Shown here piece by piece: positions 53,109 through 62,381 of a stretch of 64,000 bases of DNA (positions within the stretch are counted from its first letter, which is position 1; every line of letters begins with the position of its first letter). Under the pieces are notes generated by a model. That model ran no database searches. It was given only the letters and a program-made list of their open reading frames with translations, and had not been told where the DNA came from. Source of the stretch: a virus (lineage: Duplodnaviria; Caudoviricetes); the IMG/VR virus record IMGVR_UViG_3300049979_000170, positions 11,027 through 75,026 of that record. One strand, written 5' to 3'. Made by a program: the position numbers and the translations under genes.

Positions 53109-54704
53109 ATGTCCAAATCTAGCGAGGATGATATCCTCAAGAAGCCTCATAGTAAGTCGAATTATACGGAAGACTCACTTACAGATTTGGTGAGGTGTGC
53201 CGACGATCCGCTGTTCTTTATGCGCAACTTCGTCAAGATTCAGCATCCTCTGAAGGGCGCGGTTCCTTTCCATCTGTTTCCGTTTCAGGTCGATCTCGTC
53301 AAGGGATTCCACGAGAATCGCTTCGCTATCGCGCTCACCGCCCGCCAGATGGGCAAGACCACGTGTGCTGCCGCCTACCTGCTGTGGAAGGCGATGTTCA
53401 CCGACGACACCACGATTCTAATCACCGCGAACAAGCTCTCGCAGGCGCTCGAAATCATGGACCGCGTACGCTACGCGTATGAGAACCTTCCCAACCACAT
53501 CCGCGCGGGCATCACCGAGTACAACAAGGGTACGGTGACGTTCGACAACGGGTCGAAGATCACCTCGCGCGCGACCTCTTCGGACGCCGGTCGTGGTCTC
53601 TCGATCACCCTGCTATACTGCGACGAGTTCGCGTTCGTGCCGCCGAACAAGGCGACCGAGTTCTGGACCTCAATCCAGCCGGTGCTCTCGACCGGTGGTT
53701 CGTGCATCATCACGAGCACTCCTAAGTCGGACGAAGACCAGTTTGCTCAAATTTGGAAGGGTGCGAACGATCGCACCGACGAATACGGCAATCCCACCGA
53801 GGGCACGGTAGGCAAGAACGGATTCCATCCGATCGAAGTGCCGTGGCACAAGCACCCGGAGCGGGACGAGAAGTGGGCCAAGCCATTCCGGGAGTCCCTG
53901 GGCGAAGCGCGCTTTCGCCAGGAGTTCGAATGCAACTTCGTGACCGACGATCTCACACTGATCAATCCGCTCACCCTGGTTCGTCTGACCAGCAAGGACC
54001 CCGCGTTCTATACGGGCACGGTCCGCTGGTTCAAGGAGCCGGAGCCGAACAAGACCTATCTGATCGGATTGGACCCCTCGATCGGCTCAGGAGGGGACTA
54101 CGCGGCCATTCAGGTGTTCGAGATGCCCGGCATGGTCCACGTCGCCGAGTGGCAGCACAACATGACTGTGGCCAAGATTCAGGTGAAGGTGCTCATGCAG
54201 ATTCTTCACTTCATCGACACCACGCTGCGGGATAACGTGGCGCAACGCGGTGAACCGGAAATCTACTGGACTGTGGAGAACAACACGATCGGCGAGCATA
54301 TTCTCGGCGTTATCGAAGACACCGGGGAGGATCGATTCCCCGGCGTGTTCATCTCGGAAAAGAAGCGTAAGGGCCAGTCGCGCCGCTTCCGCAAGGGTCT
54401 GAACACCGACAATACGAAGAAGCGTTCCGCCTGTGCCCGCTACAAGTCGCTTGTCGAATCCGACCGCATGGTGCTGAACTCGCGCAACCTGATCAAGCAG
54501 TTGAAGGCGTTCGTCGGCACGGAAGGAGGCATCACGTTCAAGGCCAAGCCGGGCGAGCACGACGACCTCGTGATGGCGTCGCTGCTCTGCGTGCGCATGT
54601 TGGACATGGTGGCCCTGTGGGGTCAGGGCGAGCTTGGAAACTTCAACGAGTACATCGCAGAAGAGGAGTTGTTCGAACAAGGTCCGATGCCGGTGATGTT
54701 CTAA
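53109..54704 (+). CDS. gp17: Terminase large subunit (T4 gp17-like)
   Basis: RQMGKTT Walker A, LYCDEFAF Walker B, IITSTP, FRQEFEC, IGLDPSIG, HDDLVMA nuclease motif; TAAATA at 53072-53077. Confidence 0.95.
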   Translation: MSKSSEDDILKKPHSKSNYTEDSLTDLVRCADDPLFFMRNFVKIQHPLKGAVPFHLFPFQVDLVKGFHENRFAIALTARQMGKTTCAAAYLLWKAMFTDDTTILITANKLSQALEIMDRVRYAYENLPNHIRAGITEYNKGTVTFDNGSKITSRATSSDAGRGLSITLLYCDEFAFVPPNKATEFWTSIQPVLSTGGSCIITSTPKSDEDQFAQIWKGANDRTDEYGNPTEGTVGKNGFHPIEVPWHKHPERDEKWAKPFRESLGEARFRQEFECNFVTDDLTLINPLTLVRLTSKDPAFYTGTVRWFKEPEPNKTYLIGLDPSIGSGGDYAAIQVFEMPGMVHVAEWQHNMTVAKIQVKVLMQILHFIDTTLRDNVAQRGEPEIYWTVENNTIGEHILGVIEDTGEDRFPGVFISEKKRKGQSRRFRKGLNTDNTKKRSACARYKSLVESDRMVLNSRNLIKQLKAFVGTEGGITFKAKPGEHDDLVMASLLCVRMLDMVALWGQGELGNFNEYIAEEELFEQGPMPVMF

Positions 54705-54711
54705 ACCCCTC

Positions 54712-55257
54712 TTAGATAATCTCGCTGATCTTCAAAAATTCGACGCCTGCCATTTTGGCGTGGAATGCTTGTGCAGTCATCTTGACAAGATACCCCATCG
54801 GATCGTCCGACATGAATTCGTCTTTGTCTACGCGAATGATATCGCTGGGGCTAATTTCGTACTTCATAAGCTCGTCCCAGGCGGTCCTATATCCGAAGTC
54901 GGTTATGATTTTTTTCTGCTCTTCGTGGTCCCCCGTATGCTTGAAAAACCGAGTTCCAAACTTTCGAGCGTATTCACGGCACGAGAGGAAAACCCATTCC
55001 GACAGCACCCCACCATTCGAGGTGATCTTGTCACAAAGGTAATTCCTTCGTTGGGCGACCAACGTCCTTCTATTTTCCTCCTCCATCCTCTTCGATTCCG
55101 GTGTGCTTGCATCGGCAGCTTTGATCATTTCTTGGAACGCGGGCGGGGAAATCCCCCGCAGAGGAGCGACTTCCACGAGAAACCGATCACGGAGCGCCGC
55201 GCCCTCCTCCAAGGTCACCGGAACAATTTCCCAGCGATTGTTCGCGAAGGTTAGCAT
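54712..55257 (-). CDS. hypothetical protein
   Basis: ORF in an early operon. Confidence 0.55.
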   Translation of the reverse strand: MLTFANNRWEIVPVTLEEGAALRDRFLVEVAPLRGISPPAFQEMIKAADASTPESKRMEEENRRTLVAQRRNYLCDKITSNGGVLSEWVFLSCREYARKFGTRFFKHTGDHEEQKKIITDFGYRTAWDELMKYEISPSDIIRVDKDEFMSDDPMGYLVKMTAQAFHAKMAGVEFLKISEII

Positions 55258-55547
55258 ACGACGATCCCTCCATTGATCGCGTCGTTCCACGCCTCCAGCG
55301 TCACCTTGCGATGGGACTCGTACTCCTGAAGAAACTCGGCCGCGCCGAGCGCGATCATCGCGAGATCGTCCCGGCGGTTGCGCATCTTATCGAAGCGCGC
55401 CGCCTGGAGCACCGTGCCGTTCTGCTGGCACAGCGCCGGATACAGCCGCGTCAGACGATCCAGCTTCTCCTGCGAGAGGTTCCGGATGATCGCCATGTCT
55501 GCGGTCAGTGCCTCGTCCTCTGCCATGATCTCCGCGAACGTACGCAT
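55251..55547 (-). CDS. hypothetical protein
   Basis: AGGAG RBS. Confidence 0.55.
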   Translation of the reverse strand: MRTFAEIMAEDEALTADMAIIRNLSQEKLDRLTRLYPALCQQNGTVLQAARFDKMRNRRDDLAMIALGAAEFLQEYESHRKVTLEAWNDAINGGIVVC

Positions 55548-55582
55548 CAGTAGTCGATCTCCTCGCCCATCCGCCTGACTCG

Positions 55583-55606
55583 AAAAGCCCGGCATTTCTG
55601 CCGGGC
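55583..55606 (-). terminator. Rho-independent terminator
   Basis: GCCCGGCA-GAAA-TGCCGGGC-TTTT on the minus strand. Confidence 0.75.
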
Positions 55607-55615
55607 CGGTTCGTC

Positions 55616-56260
55616 TTACTCTTCGTCGCCGAGGAGGGCGCCGACCACCTTGAACGCCTCGGCCACGTCGTCGGTGTCCAGCTTGGGCTTCACCGCGAGG
55701 GTGCCGACGATCGGAAGCAGGTCACGGGCCTTCTCGGCAGGGAGCGTGAAGAGAACGTCGAGGGCGTCGTCGGCGGCAACGGTCTTCGACACGCCCTCTT
55801 GGAACATGATGAAGTCCTCGGGGATGCCCTTGATCCCCTTGAGCTTCTTCTCGACCAGGGCGAGGAGGTCACCGTTGTCCTTGTACTCGGGATTGATCAC
55901 GTAGGTCTCGATCGTGGAGACGACCGTCTTGGTGCCGATCCCGGCCTCGGCGTAGAGCTTCTGCTCGTCCTCGGAGAGGGCCGACGCGGAAGAGCGGATG
56001 CGAAGCTCGCAGGAGGCGGAGGCACCCTCATCGGTGCCACGGAAGTTCTCGGGGCGCTTCTTGATCGCGCAGCCGGTGGTCACGAACTCGACGGCCATGG
56101 CGGACTTCACGTCGCTCTCGACGGTGGCCTTGAGAGCGGCCAGGGACTTCATCACCGCGTCGATCGAGGCCAGGGTGGCGAGACCGTCGATGGCGACCTG
56201 AGCCTTGGTGTCCTTCTTGGGGGCCTTCGGAGCGGCGATCTTCTTGGCGGTGCTGAACAT
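55616..56260 (-). CDS. Highly expressed early protein (unknown function)
   Basis: Own promoter, RBS and terminator; extreme C/G3 codon bias; Lys/Ala-rich N-terminus. Confidence 0.75.
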   Translation of the reverse strand: MFSTAKKIAAPKAPKKDTKAQVAIDGLATLASIDAVMKSLAALKATVESDVKSAMAVEFVTTGCAIKKRPENFRGTDEGASASCELRIRSSASALSEDEQKLYAEAGIGTKTVVSTIETYVINPEYKDNGDLLALVEKKLKGIKGIPEDFIMFQEGVSKTVAADDALDVLFTLPAEKARDLLPIVGTLAVKPKLDTDDVAEAFKVVGALLGDEE

Positions 56261-56288
56261 TTGGTGTCTCCCGTTCGCTGATGTCCCT

Positions 56289-56316
56289 AATGTACGCTAT
56301 TTCGTGAGTATGTCAA
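56289..56316 (-). promoter_or_regulatory. sigma70-like early promoter TTGACA-N16-TACATT
   Basis: Direct match. Confidence 0.7.
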
Positions 56317-56351
56317 ATGGGTTTCCGCCCATGTATGCGGGATGGTTAATT

Positions 56352-56639
56352 ATGGACCCACCAATTTTTCCCAGGTACGGTCGAGGCATGCCTGCGATCT
56401 CTCATGTCACATATGAAAAACTGCCAGACAATCTTCATCACGTGAGGATCGGGCCGATTGACTGGACAACCGTCAAACAGCTATTGGCCGGTCACAACGA
56501 GTGGATTCACGACGACAAGAGTTCGACCGAGGGGTCGTACACGATCATCCAGTCGTCCAATTACGACGGCGTCCGGTATCTGAACTACTACTTCTCGGAT
56601 CAGGTCACGGCGTTCAATTTCAAGATCAGATGGGGATGA
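56352..56639 (+). CDS. RW-motif family small protein
   Basis: Ends YYFSDQVTAFNFKIRWG. Confidence 0.7.
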   Translation: MDPPIFPRYGRGMPAISHVTYEKLPDNLHHVRIGPIDWTTVKQLLAGHNEWIHDDKSSTEGSYTIIQSSNYDGVRYLNYYFSDQVTAFNFKIRWG

Positions 56640-56642
56640 GAG

Positions 56643-57482
56643 ATGCGACCGGACGTATCATGGGTCGTCGATACGCTACTGACCGATCGGAATCGTGGTA
56701 ACACGGGATTTCCCACCATGGCGGAGGCGGCGGCGAATCTCGGCTATCCCGTGTACCAGACCGTGTACGAGCCGGGATCGAAGGCGCCTGACCCAAACAT
56801 CCCGTTCGGCCCCGGCTGCGTCATGACGTACGGGACCCATCAGTTTGTCCGGCAGGCCAGCATGGCGAATGCCGGGAAGTGGTCTCCTGGGGCGTTCTCG
56901 CGGATCGAGCGGCTATCCTACTCCGCCTATGCCCCGTACATCGGCGACATCCTGCTGAACGACGATTTCATTCTCCTTCCCTACGGGGAGGTGCTTCGTC
57001 GTGGCTTCGACGCGTTCGGGGACGCCTACTTCCTGAAGCCCGACGCGGTGACCAAGGCGTTCACCGGATTTGTGATGACGCGGGACAAGTATCAGACCGA
57101 GGTGGAGACGCTGAAGAAGTCCGTCTACCCGGAGATGATCTGCGTGGTTGCCAAGCCCCGCTCGATCGAGGCTGAGTTCCGATTCGTCATTGCCGATCGG
57201 CAAGTCGTGGCGGGATCGCAGTACCGCTGGGAAGATCGCCTGGACGTTCGCCTGGACGTTCTACCGATCTGCCGTGAACTGGCCCAGGAGGTCGCCCAGA
57301 GGGAATGGCAGGCCGATCGCTGCTACACCTGCGATGTTGCGCTGCTGGACGGGCGCAGTAAGGCACGGATCGTCGAACTCAACACGTTCTCGTCGTCCGG
57401 GCTGTACGCGTGCGACACCGAGGCGGTGGTCGATGCGGTCAGCCGCGCGGCATGGCGCGAGTACCTGGGCGAGGACGACTAG
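56643..57482 (+). CDS. ATP-grasp domain protein (DUF4343/R2K-like)
   Basis: FLKPD..K.FTG...E.RFVIAD..VVAGSQY...DVAL...IVELNTFSSSGLY.CD ATP-grasp motifs. Confidence 0.7.
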   Translation: MRPDVSWVVDTLLTDRNRGNTGFPTMAEAAANLGYPVYQTVYEPGSKAPDPNIPFGPGCVMTYGTHQFVRQASMANAGKWSPGAFSRIERLSYSAYAPYIGDILLNDDFILLPYGEVLRRGFDAFGDAYFLKPDAVTKAFTGFVMTRDKYQTEVETLKKSVYPEMICVVAKPRSIEAEFRFVIADRQVVAGSQYRWEDRLDVRLDVLPICRELAQEVAQREWQADRCYTCDVALLDGRSKARIVELNTFSSSGLYACDTEAVVDAVSRAAWREYLGEDD

Positions 57483-57955
57483 AACGGCTTGTTGAATCGC
57501 GCCTTGAGAACCTTCCGGGCCAGACTCCCGGAAGGCATCTCGAACATCGCCCACCACATGAGGCGCTTGAATCCGATGCGCCGGTCTGCCGCCCGAAGGA
57601 TATCGCACAGGTCGTGGTCATCGTCTCGGATCGGCTCGAACAGTTCGGCCACCGGGGTATTGATATAGCGCTCGACTACCTCGATAGGGGGCGGATAGTA
57701 CCAAGAGCCGTAATTCTTTTGAATCGTCGTGCCGCGCGGCGATGGGTTGAGCCCACTGCCGAAAAAGTCCGAGGGGAAGTCCCAGAACGAGACCCCATCG
57801 ATCCGCAGGATCATGCGAGACCCACCGACGCCTTCGCTCGGATGCATCATCGTTTCGCAAGTCATGCGGGACCGCAAAGATGGTGCCCAAAGGTCCTCCA
57901 TCCGCGTCTGCACGCCTTTCCAACGAACCGCAGGTCTGTTTCGCATTATCCCCAC
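57479..57955 (-). CDS. hypothetical protein
   Basis: ORF downstream of the ClpP-like gene. Confidence 0.6.
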   Translation of the reverse strand: MGIMRNRPAVRWKGVQTRMEDLWAPSLRSRMTCETMMHPSEGVGGSRMILRIDGVSFWDFPSDFFGSGLNPSPRGTTIQKNYGSWYYPPPIEVVERYINTPVAELFEPIRDDDHDLCDILRAADRRIGFKRLMWWAMFEMPSGSLARKVLKARFNKPF

Positions 57956-57961
57956 ACTGGC

Positions 57962-58513
57962 TTAGTAAGTCGTCACAACGTGATCTGCAACCCCGAGATC
58001 AACAGCTTCCTTCGTGGTCAACCAAACGTCCTCCGGGGGGAGTAGGAATTCCTTGATCTTCTTCTCAGATAGACCAGTGCACTTCTTGTAGTGGTTGAGG
58101 ATGCGCTCCTGCGTCAGGGTGAATTCCTTCACCGTGGCGAACAGTTCGTGCTCCTTGCCGAAGCTACCCCAGGAAAACTGGTGCGAGAGGATCGCGGTGT
58201 TCGGGGTGATGAAGCGCCGACCCTTCGAACCGGCCAGGAACAGCATGAGCCCGCATGAGGCGATCTGGCCAAGGCCGATCGTCCGGACGGGAATCTTCGA
58301 ACCCTTGATCGTATCGACAAGGCCGAACATCGCACCCACGTCGCCACCCGGCGAGTTGATCACAAAGGTAAGCTCATCGGGGCGGTCAGCCTTTGGCAGC
58401 AGATTCTTCTCAAGGACGAAGCGAATCGCCTTTGCGCACGAGTTCAGCGAGAACCCTTCCATGAAAAGATACGTCCCGGTCTCTTCGAGAGTCGGGGTTG
58501 ATTTGTCAGCCAT
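57962..58513 (-). CDS. clpP: ClpP-like serine protease (Clp protease proteolytic subunit)
   Basis: FVINSPGGDV, GQIASCG (catalytic Ser), ILSHQ (His), DVWLTTKEAVDLGVAD. Confidence 0.85.
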   Translation of the reverse strand: MADKSTPTLEETGTYLFMEGFSLNSCAKAIRFVLEKNLLPKADRPDELTFVINSPGGDVGAMFGLVDTIKGSKIPVRTIGLGQIASCGLMLFLAGSKGRRFITPNTAILSHQFSWGSFGKEHELFATVKEFTLTQERILNHYKKCTGLSEKKIKEFLLPPEDVWLTTKEAVDLGVADHVVTTY

Positions 58514-58620
58514 AAAATACCCTCGTGAAATGAAGAAATTAACCAATGGGAACACTTCACCACGTTGGGGTACCTGAAGTCGATATTTCGTTTGACCAAA
58601 CCGTTAGAATCTCGTACCAA

Positions 58621-58711
58621 CCCTTACCTCCGTAGGCGAAGGTCGTGGGGTTCGAGTCCCTGCCGGACGTAGTCCGAAGCTGAAGGGCGAAGCAGCGTCG
58701 AAGGTGGGAGG
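58621..58711 (+). ncRNA. YrlA/Y-RNA-like tRNA-mimic ncRNA candidate
   Basis: 5' CCCTTACCT pairs with 3' AGGTGGG(A)GG. Inside are a variable-loop-like AGGTC, a T-arm GGGG-TTCGAGT-CCCT, an acceptor-like hairpin CGGAC-GTA-GTCCG and a D-like arm GCT-GAAGGGCGA-AGC, in the permuted T-AS-D order. TTGACC lies upstream at 58592. Confidence 0.6.
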
Positions 58712-58825
58712 GGGGAGATGGTACGGCGGGGCCTCGCCGGAAGCTCCTCCCGCCGGTATAGGGTTAAACATGATCGAGATTCTGAGAAAGCTCTGGAATC
58801 GATTCTGGATACGGCGGCATCGCTG

Positions 58826-59074
58826 ATGTTCGGCCCGTACGTCTACCATTATTTTGAGCGTAGCTCTCACGGGTTTCCCTTCGTGTTTACGGTCCGGAAG
58901 CCCAATGGGTCTCGCTCGTTTGAGGACCGTATGGCGTTGGTCCGTGAATGCCGAGAATACGCTGAGGCACAATTCGGCATAGACCCGAAACGGTGGACCT
59001 ACGACGGTGCCACCGATATGATCCGATTCAGCCGCCAGCAGGATGCATTTCTATTTCGGATGCGTTGGGCATGA
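58826..59074 (+). CDS. RW-motif family small protein
   Basis: YAEAQFG; ends IRFSRQQDAFLFRMRWA; alternative start at 58718. Confidence 0.7.
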   Translation: MFGPYVYHYFERSSHGFPFVFTVRKPNGSRSFEDRMALVRECREYAEAQFGIDPKRWTYDGATDMIRFSRQQDAFLFRMRWA

Positions 59075-59379
59075 CATTTCGCTTCAAACAGTTCCACGTT
59101 CCACCAACGTGGCCCTCACACTGGCCGTACCGGTTCGACATGTTCTGGGATGGTGATTTTGGCGATCACACGCGGGTCCTGCGCCAGTCCATGCAGACGC
59201 TTTATGAGCGCCTGTCACTGCTGGATGAGGTCGATTCGTGGTGTCTGCGCGAGATCGGAAAGGGCGGACCGGAATCACAGAGATGGAACCGACTGAAGGG
59301 TCAGGATCATACGCCCGGTCAGATGGTTTTTATCCACGACGCGGACCATGCCGTAGCGTTCAAGCTCAGATTTTGCTGA
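59071..59379 (+). CDS. RW-motif family protein
   Basis: WCLREIG; ends VFIHDADHAVAFKLRFC. Confidence 0.75.
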   Translation: MTFRFKQFHVPPTWPSHWPYRFDMFWDGDFGDHTRVLRQSMQTLYERLSLLDEVDSWCLREIGKGGPESQRWNRLKGQDHTPGQMVFIHDADHAVAFKLRFC

Positions 59380-59648
59380 TGCGATTCCGCTTCACCCACA
59401 CGTATCGCCCACACAGCCAATGGGCGCATCGTTTCGATCTCTATGAGATGGGACCGCGAGGCTGCTCGATGGAATGGCGCCGCCTACGCAACACCTTGAT
59501 TCATGACGCGCGGGTCTGGTGCGGAGTGAATCTCGGCCATGCCGGACCGAAGGGGTCCGACGCGCACTGGTACTATTCTATCTCCGGAGAAGTCCTCTGG
59601 ATTCGAACGGACGCCGATGCGTTCGCGTTCAAGCTGATGTTCGGCTAA
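59379..59648 (+). CDS. RW-motif family small protein
   Basis: WCGVNLG; ends LWIRTDADAFAFKLMFG. Confidence 0.75.
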   Translation: MRFRFTHTYRPHSQWAHRFDLYEMGPRGCSMEWRRLRNTLIHDARVWCGVNLGHAGPKGSDAHWYYSISGEVLWIRTDADAFAFKLMFG

Positions 59649-59863
59649 AACCAGCGCATCTTGAACGCAAAGGCGTGCTCGGGCTTCTCGAAGAATATGA
59701 CCGGCCCCATCCCGCTCGAATTCGCCCGGAGCGCATAGATGATATCGTTCTCCATAAGCCAGACACGCGCCTCCCAGCGCAGATCACAATAGCCTGCGGG
59801 GCCTCGGGCGCTGGTGGAGACGACCAGTTTTTGAGGCAGTATCAGTGGGGGCGTCAGAACCAT
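59645..59863 (-). CDS. RW-motif family small protein
   Basis: Ends IFFEKPEHAFAFKMRWF; start ATG within the upstream RW codons. Confidence 0.75.
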   Translation of the reverse strand: MVLTPPLILPQKLVVSTSARGPAGYCDLRWEARVWLMENDIIYALRANSSGMGPVIFFEKPEHAFAFKMRWF

Positions 59864-60078
59864 CGCATCTTGAACGCGAATGCGTCCTCCGGGTTGGTGA
59901 AGAAGAGCTTGAACCCCTCGTACTTAGTAGCTCTCACTTCTGACTTGATTTCGTTTTGTTTCAGCCATTCCGAGATATCTCTCCTCATAATATATTTGGT
60001 AACAGACCAATTGATAACATGATCGTTATCGATCATTGAATACGGAATCTTCAATTCGACGTTGTAGATGAATCTCAT
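59854..60078 (-). CDS. RW-motif family small protein
   Basis: Ends LFFTNPEDAFAFKMRWF. Confidence 0.75.
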   Translation of the reverse strand: MRFIYNVELKIPYSMIDNDHVINWSVTKYIMRRDISEWLKQNEIKSEVRATKYEGFKLFFTNPEDAFAFKMRWF

Positions 60079-60305
60079 AGCCATCTCATCTTAAACGCGA
60101 AGGCGTCATCCGTGCTCCGGAATTTTACCACGATATACTGGTCGTATTCACAGACATGAGCCATAAAAGGCTCGGAAGTCTGTTCGTTCAGCCAGCGAAG
60201 TGTTTCCACCCACACCTCTTCGCTGGCCTGTCGTTTACGAAGGACGAACTTCGTCCAGGCGGGGCCGACCCAATGCTTGTGGGCAACCCAATCAACCTTG
60301 GGCAT
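60075..60305 (-). CDS. RW-motif family small protein
   Basis: Ends VKFRSTDDAFAFKMRWL. Confidence 0.75.
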   Translation of the reverse strand: MPKVDWVAHKHWVGPAWTKFVLRKRQASEEVWVETLRWLNEQTSEPFMAHVCEYDQYIVVKFRSTDDAFAFKMRWL

Positions 60306-60513
60306 CGCGATCCTGCTGGCGTTCCTTCCAGAGAATCGCCGGGTCGAGACGTGACGGCAGCGCCACCAACCCGGTACAGACCAGCCACCCCGAGGCGCCC
60401 CAGAAATCGCCCTCGTACACGCACCACCCGACGATCCCCAGCATGGCCAGGATGATCACACCGAACACCACGAGCATCGCCCGCATGAACGGTTGGTCGA
60501 TCGGTCGAGACAT
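60292..60513 (-). CDS. small two-TM membrane protein
   Basis: AMLVVFGVIILAMLGIVGWCVY...FWGASGWLVCTGLVAL. Confidence 0.65.
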   Translation of the reverse strand: MSRPIDQPFMRAMLVVFGVIILAMLGIVGWCVYEGDFWGASGWLVCTGLVALPSRLDPAILWKERQQDRDAQG

Positions 60514-60779
60514 CAGCACCACCTCAGACGGAAAGCCGTGGCATCCGTCGCGTTTCGGAACGTGTACTCACCCAGACCCAGATAGACCCAGCGGCCTTGG
60601 TCGTCCGAACGGAAACGATCGGCTTGTTCACCAAATTGATCCGCGCACCATTCGAGGACCGACTTGTTTTGCTGCGACGCCACACCATCGACGAAGCTCA
60701 CGTCGGGCAGGCCAAACATGTGGAGCCAGTCATGGTTAAGACTGTCACCCTCATAGTGAACAAATTTCAGCGCAATCAT
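60513..60779 (-). CDS. RW-motif family small protein
   Basis: WCADQFG; ends YTFRNATDATAFRLRWC. Confidence 0.75.
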   Translation of the reverse strand: MIALKFVHYEGDSLNHDWLHMFGLPDVSFVDGVASQQNKSVLEWCADQFGEQADRFRSDDQGRWVYLGLGEYTFRNATDATAFRLRWC

Positions 60780-60991
60780 GCCCACCTCATCTTGAACTCC
60801 AACGCCACGTTGGGGTCCTTGAACGCAAATTCGGCCGTATACAGTTCTGTAGTGGGACAGTAGCAGTAATCGTTTCGGTCGATCCGCTCCTTGATCCAGG
60901 CGACTGCCTCCTGTCGGAGAAGGCTCATGACCACACCGTGTTGGCGAAGGATCGTAACACGGTGTGGGAATCGAAGTGATACGTTGTCCAC
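60776..60991 (-). CDS. RW-motif family small protein
   Basis: Ends FAFKDPNVALEFKMRWA. Confidence 0.75.
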   Translation of the reverse strand: MDNVSLRFPHRVTILRQHGVVMSLLRQEAVAWIKERIDRNDYCYCPTTELYTAEFAFKDPNVALEFKMRWA

Positions 60992-62124
60992 TACACCCAC
61001 CTCATCTTGAATTCCATTCCCTGATCCATCAGCAGGGTGCCGGTGAGAATGGCATCTCCGCTGCCGCTGACGTTTTCCACCGCGATCTTGCGTACGGCAA
61101 GCCAGTCGGTGAATTCCGTCATAGAAGCCTTCTGGCTCTCCCCGGCGGGGAAGATTGCCTCGAAGCTCTCCGTCGCCGTAGGCGGCTCGTATCGGACCGA
61201 GAAATGATCGTTCCAGCCGTCGAGGTGCGTGATACCGAACTGGCGGGGGGCTTCGCCCGGCTCCGGCTCGATCGGGTAGAGGTTCATCACCGGCTTGGTC
61301 AGTTTCAGCGAAGCCGCGACACCCGATTGCATGCCCTTACCGACCGAACCGATCGCGCTCGGCGCCCAGCCGTCCTCGATCATCGCCATCCACGAGGCGA
61401 ACGACGCGGTCGAGTCGCCGAACGAGGATGCCCGGTTCCGAACGAGCCACGCGGCAAGCTTCGTCGGCGTGTCGAACACCGGGGACATCGGCGAACCCTC
61501 GGAGGTGTTCTCCCACATCTGGTATCCCGGACCCTCGGGGACCGGCGTCTCCTCCCACCCGTCATAGGCGGCGCGGTGTGCCTCGTCCCGGTAGATGAAG
61601 CCCTCGCCTCCGCAGCACTGGCATTCTCCCCAGATACCGAGGCGCTTGGCCCGAAATTCTACCATGAGGTAGCGATTGATCCCGTCGTGGCCTAAGCCGT
61701 ACTGCATCTGACGGTTTACCTGCGCGGCGGTCGGCCAGGGCTTGGCCGGATCGCGCTTCCATTCGCGTGCCACCGAGTCCCACGAGTTAACCAGATCGTT
61801 TAGGCGACCCTCCGAGATGAGGTGATCGACCTCCTCCTGGGTCAGGTCATGCGCCCACGAGCGGGAGTTCCCGAACACCTTCCAGGGCGGACGCTCGGCG
61901 GGCTCCCCGTCGATGCCGGTCTTGTAGTCGTACCGCCACCGCGTCTGGAACCCCGCGTGGTCGTACCAGTCATCGGCGAGTTGCTTCGTCTCGGGGTTCT
62001 GCCCGGTGCCATCGCAGGAAACGCACTTGACCGGCTCGTCTGATTCCGGCCGGATGAACCCGCCCCAGACCTTATGCATCGGCCAGTTAAAATCGAGCGG
62101 CACACGTCTGACTTCGCGACCCAT
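60991..62124 (-). CDS. 377-aa fusion: CxxC-containing phage hypothetical domain plus a C-terminal RW module
   Basis: MGREVRRVPLDFNWP...CVSCDGTG...CQCCGGEG...YQMWENTSEGSPMSPVF; ends LLMDQGMEFKMRWV. Confidence 0.75.
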   Translation of the reverse strand: MGREVRRVPLDFNWPMHKVWGGFIRPESDEPVKCVSCDGTGQNPETKQLADDWYDHAGFQTRWRYDYKTGIDGEPAERPPWKVFGNSRSWAHDLTQEEVDHLISEGRLNDLVNSWDSVAREWKRDPAKPWPTAAQVNRQMQYGLGHDGINRYLMVEFRAKRLGIWGECQCCGGEGFIYRDEAHRAAYDGWEETPVPEGPGYQMWENTSEGSPMSPVFDTPTKLAAWLVRNRASSFGDSTASFASWMAMIEDGWAPSAIGSVGKGMQSGVAASLKLTKPVMNLYPIEPEPGEAPRQFGITHLDGWNDHFSVRYEPPTATESFEAIFPAGESQKASMTEFTDWLAVRKIAVENVSGSGDAILTGTLLMDQGMEFKMRWV

Positions 62125-62381
62125 CACAACCCCCCAAAGCGCATCTTGAAAGCGAAAGCGGCGTTCTTGTTCTCAAGCGCAACCGTCATATATTCGTCCC
62201 ATTTCGGAAGAAATCCGAAGATGTAGTAGCCGTCGAAGTCGGCTTCCTTGAGCCAATCTAGGATTTCGAAGCGATCCAGATCGTAGCGGCCCGTACGCAT
62301 CTTCACGCATGGCCAGGATTCCGACTCCGTGTAGAGATCAGACCACGACCGTCCGGGAGATAAATCGTTAAGGTTCTTCAT
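62124..62381 (-). CDS. RW-motif family small protein
   Basis: Ends VALENKNAAFAFKMRFGGL. Confidence 0.75.
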   Translation of the reverse strand: MKNLNDLSPGRSWSDLYTESESWPCVKMRTGRYDLDRFEILDWLKEADFDGYYIFGFLPKWDEYMTVALENKNAAFAFKMRFGGL

